DNA from: Dehalococcoidia bacterium
GTDB lineage: Bacteria > Chloroflexota > Dehalococcoidia > Lucifugimonadales > UBA3495
Direction: 5' to 3'
Length of the DNA: 64,000 nucleotides
Assembly (NCBI GenBank): GCA_030740155.1
Contig: JASLXV010000038.1
Span: 64,001 to 128,000 of the forward strand
A program made the position numbers and the translations under genes. Each line of letters starts with the position of its first letter. The first letter of the stretch is position 1. The notes under the pieces are model-generated. The model was not told the DNA's origin and did not search any database. It worked only from the letters and a program-made list of their open reading frames with translations. This document shows positions 38,330 through 47,464 of the stretch, piece after piece.

Positions 38330-38430
38330 CTCTCGATGGAATCGGAACTCACCACGAACGGGGCGAAATCCCTGAACGGAGGAATCCACGGGCGAGAGGA
38401 ATCCGTTCGTCCTGAGCTTGTCGAAGGGGC
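38330..38430. repeat. TTCGACAAGCTCA-family palindromic repeat
   Basis: CTCACCACGAACGG...CCGTTCGTCCTGAGCTTGTCGAAGG. Confidence 0.7.
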
Positions 38431-38481
38431 GTGAGCGGCCTCCTTTGGAATAGTTGGATAGGCCCTAGTAAGGAGCAACGG

Positions 38482-40845
38482 ATGGTGAGCAAGGTAGAAA
38501 CTGAGCAAACGGCGGCGGGAGCGCTGCGGGGAGTCCGGGTGTTAGATTTCGGCCATTACATTCCCGGCCCCTTGCTGGGCATGCTGTTGTCCGACCAAGG
38601 GGCCGACGTCATCAAGGTGGAGCGGCCCGAAGGAGACCCGGCGCGGCGTCACGCGGCGTTCTCCACCTGGAACCGGGGGAAGCGCTCCGTAGTCCTCGAC
38701 CTGAAGTCCGAGGAGGGCCGGCGCCACGCCCAGGCCCTGGCCGGGAACGCCGATGTCTTGATCGAGAATTTTCGGCCCGGAGTGGCCGACCGCCTGGGCA
38801 TCGGCTACGGCACGTTGTCGCAGGCGAATCCGGCTCTGATCTACTGTTCCTTGCCGGGCTTCGGCGAGGAGAGTCCCTATCGTGATCAGCGAGGCTGGGA
38901 GTCCATTGTGGGCGCGGCGACCGGGATTCACCGGGCCGCCCGTGGCCTGGACGAGCCGTTGTTCGTACCCCTCCCCTTCACCAGCACCTTCGCCGCCATC
39001 ATCGGCGCGGTTTCCGTGGGAATGGCCCTCTGTGCCCGGCAGCGTACCGGCGAGGGCCAGCGGATCGAGGTCCCGCTTCACAGCGCCATGTTCACGGGGA
39101 TCGGCCGGTATATGGTCAAGATGCACGACATGGACGTCGAGTACCCCTTCGAGTTGCCCCGGCGGACCATGGTCAAGCAGTACCGGTGCTCCGACGGCCG
39201 GTTCATCCAGCTTCAGGGAATGTACGAGCGGTTCCCCAGGCGGTTTTTGACCGCCGCCGGACACCCAGAGTGGGTCGAGGAATTCGTGGCCGGCTTCGGC
39301 GAGCAGGTGGACAACCAGACTGTAAACATGTGGCGGGAGCGGTTCAGGAACATCTTCCTGCAGCGGACGGCTGAAGAGTGGGAGACCGCCCTCGCCGATG
39401 CTGGGGGCGCTGGCTCGCTTTGCCGGTCCGTTGACGAGTGGCTGGTCCACGAGCAGGCCATTGCCGCCGGCATGGTGGCCGAGGTTGACGACAGCCGGTT
39501 TGGCCTCATGAAACAGCCGGGGATACCCATGAAACTCCGGGGCACCCCCGGGGCGATTCAAGGCCGGGCGCCGCGGCTGGGGGAGCACACCGAACAGGTT
39601 TTGGGGCAGTTGGACGCTGCCGCCAGTTCGGCGTCCACTCCCGCGAGAGCCGGCGGACCCCAATCCGCGGCGCCGGTGGAAGACGTGATGGGCGCCCTAC
39701 AGGGGGTGCGCGTCCTGGACCTGTGTATCGTCCTGGCCGGGCCGGCTTGCGGCCGCACCCTAGGAGAGTTTGGCGCCGACGTGATCAAGATCAACGACGC
39801 CTCCCGGCCCGTCGACATGGAGGGCTCGCTGGACGTAAACCGGTGCAAACGCTCCATTCTGCTGAACTTGAAGACGGAGGAAGGCCAGGAGGTGTTCTGG
39901 CGGCTGGTGGAAAAAACCGACGTCATCGTGGAGAACAACCGGAAGGGCAGCTTGGCCCGGCTGGGGCTGGGCTATGAGGACGTCAAAAAGAGGAAGCCTG
40001 ACATCATCTACGCCTCGTTGAACACCTACGGTTACGACGGTCCCTGGAGCGAGCGGCCCGGCTGGGAGCAGATGGCCCAGGCGGTCACCGGGATCGAGGT
40101 CCGCCGGGGCGGCCGGGACGGGATGCCGCTGATGTTCCACTACCCGGTGAACGACTACGGCACCGGGCTGCTGGGAGCCTACGCGGTGGCCCTGGCTCTC
40201 CTCGAACGGAACCGCACCGGCGAAGGGCAGTCGGTCGACTGCGGACTGGCGCTGACCGCCTGCCTGCTCCAGTCACCCTACTTCCTGGACTACGCCGGCT
40301 TCCAACGCGACGAACCGGAAGGCCTGGGAGTCCGAGGGTATTCGGCGCTATCCAGACTGTACCCCGCCGCTGATGCCTGGCTATATTTGCATTGCCCCGA
40401 GGAGGCCGGCTGGCGAAATTTGACCGCCCTGCCCGAGTTCGCGGCGCTGGCCGCGGACCCTCGCTACGGCGCCGCCGCTTCTCGCGAGGAAAGCGATGGA
40501 GAGCTGGTGGCGGAGTTGGTCCGAATCTTTGCGCTCAAGAACCGGCGGCAGTGGGTCGGCCAGCTGAACGCGGCGGGAATCAGCGCCATCGAAAACGTGG
40601 ACATGCTTGAGCTTCGGGACGACCCTTACGTGCGGCGGGCCGGTTTGGTCCTCACGCGAGAGCATCCGGGCCGCGGCCGGGCGGACCAGGTAGGCACCAC
40701 GGCCCGCTTGTCCGGTACACCGGTACGGCTGGGGCGGGCGGCCCCCATCCTTGGCGCCGAAACCAACGAGATACTCTGGCAAGCCGGCTACACCGATGGT
40801 GAGATCGAGGCCTTGAAGTCGGCCGGGGTGGTGTCTGGGCCCTAG
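38482..40845 (+). CDS. Family III CoA-transferase (CaiB/BaiF) with two tandem domains
   Basis: Two L.GVRVLD...GP...GADVIK...NR.KRS units. Confidence 0.92.
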   Translation: MVSKVETEQTAAGALRGVRVLDFGHYIPGPLLGMLLSDQGADVIKVERPEGDPARRHAAFSTWNRGKRSVVLDLKSEEGRRHAQALAGNADVLIENFRPGVADRLGIGYGTLSQANPALIYCSLPGFGEESPYRDQRGWESIVGAATGIHRAARGLDEPLFVPLPFTSTFAAIIGAVSVGMALCARQRTGEGQRIEVPLHSAMFTGIGRYMVKMHDMDVEYPFELPRRTMVKQYRCSDGRFIQLQGMYERFPRRFLTAAGHPEWVEEFVAGFGEQVDNQTVNMWRERFRNIFLQRTAEEWETALADAGGAGSLCRSVDEWLVHEQAIAAGMVAEVDDSRFGLMKQPGIPMKLRGTPGAIQGRAPRLGEHTEQVLGQLDAAASSASTPARAGGPQSAAPVEDVMGALQGVRVLDLCIVLAGPACGRTLGEFGADVIKINDASRPVDMEGSLDVNRCKRSILLNLKTEEGQEVFWRLVEKTDVIVENNRKGSLARLGLGYEDVKKRKPDIIYASLNTYGYDGPWSERPGWEQMAQAVTGIEVRRGGRDGMPLMFHYPVNDYGTGLLGAYAVALALLERNRTGEGQSVDCGLALTACLLQSPYFLDYAGFQRDEPEGLGVRGYSALSRLYPAADAWLYLHCPEEAGWRNLTALPEFAALAADPRYGAAASREESDGELVAELVRIFALKNRRQWVGQLNAAGISAIENVDMLELRDDPYVRRAGLVLTREHPGRGRADQVGTTARLSGTPVRLGRAAPILGAETNEILWQAGYTDGEIEALKSAGVVSGP

Positions 40846-41138
40846 GCCGGACTAGAGTACTTCTCGGGCCATAGAGACCTCCCGGCGGCCGGCCTGCTGG
40901 GCCAGCGCCGGCGCCACTGGATTTGCCGCTGGCGAAATCGCGGCGCTGCTGGGGAGAGGGGCACGGTGCGTAGCCGGAGGCCCCGGCAATTGGCGATGCG
41001 TTCCCCCGCGTGCTAAACTGCTATTATCGGTTCCAAATAGACTTCGGATTGCCTAAGACCCCCATCCTCGCCTTCTCCCCCCTCACGAATGAGGAGAGTT
41101 AGAATGGGGGTTCACTCGTATATACCCGTCGGATAAGG

Positions 41139-43349
41139 GTGAGCCGGTTGCTTCGCATCTACAACACCCTGACCAAACAGGTCGAAGAGGTCCGGTCGAT
41201 TGAACCGGGCCTTGTCCGCATGTACACCTGCGGTCCGACCGTCTACCGTGACGCTCACATCGGCAACCTTCGCACCTACATGATGGCTGACTGGGTCCGC
41301 CGCGTCATCGAGGCCGGGGGCCGGGAAGTGTTCCACATCAAGAACATTACCGACGTGGGCCACATGCGTCAGGAGTTGGTGGAGACAGGCGGCGACAAGA
41401 TGATCTTGGCCGCCCTGAGCGAAGGCAAGACGGTTCAGGACATAGCTCAGTTCTACGCCGGCCGCTTCTTCCGCGACGAGGCCCGGATCAACATCCTCCC
41501 CGCCCACGTATTCCCCTGGGCGACCCAGCACATCCCGGAGATGGTGTCCATCGTGGGCCGGCTCCTGGCGAGCGGCCATGCCTACCATGCGGGCGGCAAC
41601 ATCTACTTCGACGTGGGACGTTTCAATGGCTACGGCAAGCTCTCCCGCAACACTGGGGCCGACCTGTTGGAAGGGGTGAGGGCGGAAGCGGACCCATTGA
41701 AACACGACCCCCGGGATTTCACTCTGTGGAAGGCCGCTGAGCCGGGCCGGGACTTGAAGTGGGCCAGCCCTTGGGGTGAAGGGTTCCCCGGCTGGCACAT
41801 CGAATGCTCCGCCATGGCTTCCAAGTACCTGGGGGAAACCTTCGACATCCACACCGGCGGCGTGGACAACATCTTTCCCCACCACGAAGACGAGATTGCC
41901 CAGAGCGAGGCCGCCTTCGGGCGGCAGCACGTGCGATATTGGATCCACGCCCAGCACCTCTTGGCCGACGGCGCCAAGATGGCCAAATCCTCGGGCAACG
42001 TCTTCTTGCTGGAGGATCTGATAGCCCGCGGTTTCGACCCGCTTGCTTTCCGCTACCTCTGCATGACCGTCCGCTATCGCCACCGGATGAACTTCACTTT
42101 CACCTCTCTCAAGGCCGCCGAAAGAGCCCTCACCAACCTGCGACACCGGGTCTGGGTATGGAATGACCTGCCCCCCCTGGCTGAGCTGCCCGCTGAGGCC
42201 GGAGAGTGGCGGAGCCGGTTCTGGACCAGGGTGGAAGACGACCTGGATCTGCCGGGAGCGTTGGCCCTGACCTGGGACATGATGCGTTCCGGCCTGCCCG
42301 ATCCAGTCAAACTGGCCTTGCTTCTCGAATTTGACCGCATCTTTTGCCTGGACCTGGACAAAGTGCCGGCGGCCTATCCGCTTCCCGAGTCGATCTCGGC
42401 CGCCGCCGGGAAACGCGCGGCACTCCGAGAGCACGCCGACTATGGCTCCGCGGACACCGTCCGCACCCAAATGGCCTCCGAGGGTTACTCGGTCGAAGAT
42501 ACCCGGGAAACCGTCCGCATCCGGCCGAAGACGGCAATGGAACGGCAACGGGAACGGTGGCAGTCCTTCTCCTCCTCGCGGGAGGTGGAGTCCTTCCTGG
42601 GGCGCTCCCCGGAATACGACTTCACCTTCGTTCTCAACGCCTATGGTTACCGTGATGACATCGAGCGGTGCGTCCGCAGCATGACCCGGTTCGGCGAAGG
42701 CTTCTCCACGGAGATTGTCCTCATCGACAACGGTTCTATTGACGGGACCGGTGAATGGCTGGAGGAGTATCAGGCCGGCCGGCCGTCGGTGCGGGTGGTC
42801 CATTGCGACCACCCCCTCGGCGACGCCGCCGGCAAGAACATCGGGTTGAAGCAGAGCCTGGGGGCAAATGTCATCATCCTGGACCCTTCAGCGGAGATCT
42901 TGGGCAACATCCTGGGGCCCATCGCACGGCAGCTGGCGGATGGCTCGGTGGGCATAGTTGGCCCCTACGGGCTGAGCACCAACGATCTGCGGCACTTCCA
43001 TGAGGATGCGGAGAACGGAGAGGCGGATGCCATGCAGGCCTATTGCATGGCGTTCCGGCGGGAGACGGTGAACACCGTCGGGCTGATGCGGGAATGCTTC
43101 CGTTTCTATCGCAATCTGGATATCGACTACTGCTTCCAGTTCAAGGATAAAGGGTACCGTATCCTCGCCGACAGCACGTTGCCAATGGTCCGCCACGAGC
43201 ACCGGCAATGGACCGAGCTGGAAGAAAACCAGAGGGACGAGCTGAGCCGCAAGAATTTCGGACGCTTCCTCAAGCGTTGGGGCAACCGGCCGGACCTCCT
43301 CGTCAGCCCCGGCGGCCAAGGCGTGGGCGACACCTTTTCCCATCACTGA
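41139..43349 (+). CDS. cysS: Cysteine--tRNA ligase fused to a C-terminal GT2 (GT-A) glycosyltransferase-like domain
   Basis: CGPTVY..AHIGN, PGWHIECSAM, HTGGVD..FPHHEDE, KMAKS, anticodon-type helix; then IDNGSIDGT, N.GL, ILD, FRFYRNLDID. Confidence 0.9.
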   Translation: MSRLLRIYNTLTKQVEEVRSIEPGLVRMYTCGPTVYRDAHIGNLRTYMMADWVRRVIEAGGREVFHIKNITDVGHMRQELVETGGDKMILAALSEGKTVQDIAQFYAGRFFRDEARINILPAHVFPWATQHIPEMVSIVGRLLASGHAYHAGGNIYFDVGRFNGYGKLSRNTGADLLEGVRAEADPLKHDPRDFTLWKAAEPGRDLKWASPWGEGFPGWHIECSAMASKYLGETFDIHTGGVDNIFPHHEDEIAQSEAAFGRQHVRYWIHAQHLLADGAKMAKSSGNVFLLEDLIARGFDPLAFRYLCMTVRYRHRMNFTFTSLKAAERALTNLRHRVWVWNDLPPLAELPAEAGEWRSRFWTRVEDDLDLPGALALTWDMMRSGLPDPVKLALLLEFDRIFCLDLDKVPAAYPLPESISAAAGKRAALREHADYGSADTVRTQMASEGYSVEDTRETVRIRPKTAMERQRERWQSFSSSREVESFLGRSPEYDFTFVLNAYGYRDDIERCVRSMTRFGEGFSTEIVLIDNGSIDGTGEWLEEYQAGRPSVRVVHCDHPLGDAAGKNIGLKQSLGANVIILDPSAEILGNILGPIARQLADGSVGIVGPYGLSTNDLRHFHEDAENGEADAMQAYCMAFRRETVNTVGLMRECFRFYRNLDIDYCFQFKDKGYRILADSTLPMVRHEHRQWTELEENQRDELSRKNFGRFLKRWGNRPDLLVSPGGQGVGDTFSHH

Positions 43350-43717
43350 AGGCGGCTCGGCGACGGATTTTTTCGGCGCCGGGGTAGGGGCCAGGCACAG
43401 GAATGTGATCCTCCGGTTATCCGATTTGCCCTCTCCCGCTTCGGCGCCCAACTGTTTTTACCGGACATAACGAGTTTTCAGTGAATCATCGTTCGGCGAA
43501 GTGCCAATATATCCCGCTGAAGAATAGCTCGAATCCCGCACGCCCGGTGCAGATTGGCGCAACACTGCATATTGCCTTCACAAACTGTTCACGTAGTTTT
43601 TACAAAGTGGGGCACCGGCCGGGTCTCTTGACGGGCCTGACCGGGGATGCTAGAGTCCAAAAGGCCCGGTCGGTTGCTCTTTTCAGACCGCATCCCCTGA
43701 CCTGGAGTCCCTACCAG

Positions 43718-44698
43718 ATGGAGGAAGCTGCCCAGCGGTTGTTGGCGGGGGACCAGCGCATCCTCTCCCGGCTGATCTCTCTCCTCGAACGGGGCGATCC
43801 GCGAGCCGCCGACGTATTGAAGGCCATAGATTCTCGCACTGGCCGAGCCTATACCGTCGGCATTACCGGACCGCCCGGCGCCGGAAAGAGCACCATCGTA
43901 GACCGGCTTACCGAACTGTTGCGCGGTCAAGGACTGACCGTAGGCATCGTTGGGGTCGACCCCAGCAGCCCATTTAGTGGCGGCGCCTTGCTCGGAGACC
44001 GGGTTCGGATGCAGCGTCACTATCTGGACTCGGGGGTTTTCATCCGTAGTGTGGCGACTCGCGGACACTCTGGGGGGCTGTCCCGGATCGTCAAAGGCAT
44101 TGTCCGGCTTCTGGATGCCGCCGGCACGGACATTATCCTGGTGGAAACCGTGGGCGTCGGCCAGACCGAATTGGGTATCGTCGGAGTCGCGGATACGATC
44201 TTGCTGACCTTGATGCCCGAATCAGGAGACGCCATTCAGGCCCTTAAAGCGGGAGTCATGGAAGTGGCGGACGTCTTTCTGGTCAACAAGGCGGACCGGG
44301 AGGGTGCGGACCATATGGCGGCGGCCATTAATGGGATGGTCCAGATGGTCGATACCCACTCCGGCTGGACTCCTCCAGTGGTGTTGACCACCGCCCGGTC
44401 GGGCCAGGGCATCGAAGAGTTGTGGAACAAGATCCAGGCCCATCGAGAGGTACTTACGGCTACGTCCGAGTTGGCCAGGCGCCGCGGGGCTCACCGGCGA
44501 CGGGAATTCCTGGAGACAGTGCAAGAAGAGTTGGAACGGCGGCTTAAGGCACTTGTTGAAAACGATCCGGTTATGGAGGCCACTTTGGAGAAGGTGGCGA
44601 ACCGGGAAGCAGAGCCGTACTCGTCGGCCATGGAATTCCTGAACTCTTCGCAACTGCCGCCGGAGTGGCTCGCCACTCTGCCGGTCAAGCAGGATTAG
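43718..44698 (+). CDS. meaB: Methylmalonyl-CoA mutase-associated GTPase MeaB
   Basis: GITGPPGAGKST, VDPSSPFSGGALLGDRVRM, ETVGVGQ, VNKAD. Confidence 0.94.
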   Translation: MEEAAQRLLAGDQRILSRLISLLERGDPRAADVLKAIDSRTGRAYTVGITGPPGAGKSTIVDRLTELLRGQGLTVGIVGVDPSSPFSGGALLGDRVRMQRHYLDSGVFIRSVATRGHSGGLSRIVKGIVRLLDAAGTDIILVETVGVGQTELGIVGVADTILLTLMPESGDAIQALKAGVMEVADVFLVNKADREGADHMAAAINGMVQMVDTHSGWTPPVVLTTARSGQGIEELWNKIQAHREVLTATSELARRRGAHRRREFLETVQEELERRLKALVENDPVMEATLEKVANREAEPYSSAMEFLNSSQLPPEWLATLPVKQD

Positions 44699-44805
44699 TC
44701 TTTTCCGAGCCTTATCCCCGTATTGCGGAACCGCTTGTGATGAGGATGACCGTCGGCCAATAGCAGACGGTTTTTGACCACCTTTTTCTATATCGGAGTA
44801 TCAGA

Positions 44806-45444
44806 ATGGTTATTCTTGGAGTTGATCTCCGGGCCTCGTCCAAACGTGCCAGCACAGTGGTTGGATTGGATGGGAAATCCTGTGTAAAGTTCATCGATAG
44901 TTTTCACGACGACAGCGAGCTGGTTCAAATTGCTGAGAGCCACAAACCTGAGCTTATTGCGATAGGCGCTCCCCTGGGACTGCCGGCCGGCCTGTGCTGT
45001 TTGGAGACCACCTGCGATTGCTGTTTCTCGGTTCCGCTACGGAAGGGCCGCCAGTCGGAACTGGAGCTATCTCGGATGGGAATCAGCTGCTTCTTCACCA
45101 ACAAGGGCTCCATCATCCGCAACCTGATATACCGGAGCATGGCGTTGAGCCGCCTGCTGAGCGGGCTGGGATTAGAAGTCATTGAGGCCTATCCCCACGC
45201 GACCAAGGTGATCCTCTTCGGTGACAAGGTACCGCCGAAAAACAACGCCGAGAGCCTGGTATTCATGAAAGAGCGGCTCGCCCTTCTGATAGCCGGCTTG
45301 AGCCCCCACTTGGACGGGCTGGACCGCAACACCTGCGACGCGGTGCTGAACGCGTATACGGGCCTGCTCTACACTCAAGACGCCACCGACACCCTCGGCG
45401 CTCCCGAAGAGGGCACGGTGGTCCTGCCGAAGCTTCCCCGTTAA
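44806..45444 (+). CDS. DUF429 family predicted RNase H-fold nuclease
   Basis: ILGVDL, APL..P, R..E.EL, IEAYPHA, DA..NA. Confidence 0.75.
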   Translation: MVILGVDLRASSKRASTVVGLDGKSCVKFIDSFHDDSELVQIAESHKPELIAIGAPLGLPAGLCCLETTCDCCFSVPLRKGRQSELELSRMGISCFFTNKGSIIRNLIYRSMALSRLLSGLGLEVIEAYPHATKVILFGDKVPPKNNAESLVFMKERLALLIAGLSPHLDGLDRNTCDAVLNAYTGLLYTQDATDTLGAPEEGTVVLPKLPR

Positions 45445-45847
45445 GGCTCATTCCGGCTGAGGGACCTCTCGTAATGGGAGGCCCCGGCTCCTCATTGACT
45501 TGGGCCATGAGCCCCGACGCCACCTGCCTGCGCCTTTCCCCATCGGTGGCTGAACTTCCAGCTTTATCCCTCCACGATGGCCCTGGTTCGGTAGAGGCGG
45601 GTCCCTTGATTCGCCTCCGGGCGCGCCGAGTTCCGGATTGAGCCTCTGTGGCGGGTGATGCCTGGCACCCGTCACTCTGGCGAAACAAGCGATACCGCCA
45701 TTTCGAGGAGCGTATCTATCCTGTTCCCGAAACGCTGGGCCGGCAGGATTCCGGCGCGGCGCGTCCTTGATTCAGCTGCTGGGTACGTTACACTATTAGT
45801 AGAGGAATTGCGGGTTGAGAGCCGATCAGGGCAAGGAGGTAGGGACA

Positions 45848-46420
45848 TTGGATCTGAAGATAAATGGCAGAAACGTTGAGATCAGTGACCAAGTCCGCAA
45901 GCACGTCACCGAAAAGCTGGGCCGGATCGGCCGGCACCTTCCCGGGATCACCAAGGCCGCGGTCGAGCTTGCATCGGAGCCTACCCGCTCGCAGCGAGAC
46001 CGGGTGGTGGCCCAGGTGACCCTCGATGTGAGCGGTTCCATTCTTCGCGCCGAGCAGCAGGCGTCCAACACCGAGGCGGCCATCAACTCGGTGGCCGAGG
46101 TGCTGGCCCGGAGGATAGAACGGTATAAGAGCCGGACCTATCGCAGCGAACGGGCCCGGCAGACCACTTCTCTCAGGGTCCAAGAAGCCGAAGAGGCGGT
46201 CCCCTCGGCAAGTCCGTTCGAAGGTAAGGAGCTGGGCGACGGCAACCTGGTGCGGATCAAGCGGTTCAATATGAAGCCCATGTCAGTGGACGACGCGGCC
46301 TTCCAGATGAGGCTGCTCGGCCATCACTTCTTCATGTTCCTGAATGACGAATCGGACCAGTACAACCTGTTGTACCAGCGAGACGACAACAATCTTGGCC
46401 TCATCCAACCCAAGGGCTAG
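45848..46420 (+). CDS. hpf: Ribosome hibernation promoting factor, long form (HPF/RaiA)
   Basis: I.GRNVEI, RIERYK, VRIKRF.MKPMS.DDA..QM.LLGH.FF.F; TTG start after SD GGAGG. Confidence 0.92.
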   Translation: MDLKINGRNVEISDQVRKHVTEKLGRIGRHLPGITKAAVELASEPTRSQRDRVVAQVTLDVSGSILRAEQQASNTEAAINSVAEVLARRIERYKSRTYRSERARQTTSLRVQEAEEAVPSASPFEGKELGDGNLVRIKRFNMKPMSVDDAAFQMRLLGHHFFMFLNDESDQYNLLYQRDDNNLGLIQPKG

Positions 46421-46489
46421 CCGCCCGCCCGGTCGGCACGCATAAGCGGGCTACTCGCCCAGGTTCATCAGAAAAGACCGGAGAAGCAT

Positions 46490-46523
46490 GAAGGGCCTCA
46501 TTCTTGCAAGAATGAGGCCCTTC
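46490..46523. terminator. Perfect 34-bp palindrome between convergent genes
   Basis: GAAGGGCCTCATTCTTG|CAAGAATGAGGCCCTTC. Confidence 0.6.
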
Positions 46524-46563
46524 GGTCGCTACAGGGAACGTAGGGGCGGCCCCGTGGCGGACT

Positions 46564-47433
46564 CTAGGTCCCGCTGCCGCCTCCCTGCTGCTCGTTGCCC
46601 TGGCCCATGCCCAGGAAGGGCGACAGCATGGAGGTGAACTCCATGGGGAAGATCCACTTGGTGGAAGGGCTGGAGCCAAGCGCCTTCAGGGTTTCGAAGT
46701 ACTGGAGGCTCATGGTCTTGCCATCCACCGTGTTGGCCACCTGGTAGATCTTGTCCAGCGCGTTGCTGAACCCCTCGGCCCGCAGGATGGCCGCCTCCCG
46801 GTCTCCCTCAGCCTCCAGGATAGCCGCTTGGCGGCTCCCCTCGGCCTCCAGGATGGCCGCCTGCTTCTCACCCTCGGCCCGGTTGATCTGGGCCTGGCGC
46901 GCGCCCTCGGACTCTGTTATCTCGGCGGTCTTGATGGCGGCGGCGGATTTTTCCCGCTCCATCGCCTGTTTCACCCCCGCCGGCGGGTCGATCTCGTTGA
47001 TCTCCACCTGCTTGACCTTGACTCCCCAGCGGTCGGTGACCTCGTCCATTCGTACCTGCATCTGGTCACGGATCCTTTCCCTTTCGGCCAAAGCCGAGGA
47101 CAGAGTGGTGGAGCCGATGACCGCCCGCAGTGTGGCGTAAGCCAGGTTAACCACGGCCATCTCGAAGTTCTGCACATCGAGGACCGCCTTCTCGGCAATC
47201 TCTTCCAGGACCTGGTAGTAGATCACGAAGTCCATGTCTACCACCACGTTGTCCGAGGTAATGTACTTTTGGGTTGGAACCCGCGCAACCCTCTCTCGCG
47301 TGTCCACCTTGGTGCCGTGGTACAGAATGGGTATCAGAAAGTGCAAACCGGGTCCCCGGGTCCCAACGAAAGTCCCGAGCTTTTGGGCTACCAGCCTTTG
47401 ATATTGCTGCACGATTACCAGTCCGGACGCCAT
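46564..47433 (-). CDS. SPFH/Band 7 (stomatin-like) protein
   Basis: GPGLHFLIP, ITSDNV, LRAVIG, WGVKV..VEI, AEG repeats. Confidence 0.93.
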   Translation of the reverse strand: MASGLVIVQQYQRLVAQKLGTFVGTRGPGLHFLIPILYHGTKVDTRERVARVPTQKYITSDNVVVDMDFVIYYQVLEEIAEKAVLDVQNFEMAVVNLAYATLRAVIGSTTLSSALAERERIRDQMQVRMDEVTDRWGVKVKQVEINEIDPPAGVKQAMEREKSAAAIKTAEITESEGARQAQINRAEGEKQAAILEAEGSRQAAILEAEGDREAAILRAEGFSNALDKIYQVANTVDGKTMSLQYFETLKALGSSPSTKWIFPMEFTSMLSPFLGMGQGNEQQGGGSGT

Positions 47434-47464
47434 CGCTACCTCCTGAAGGAGTTATCAGATTCCA

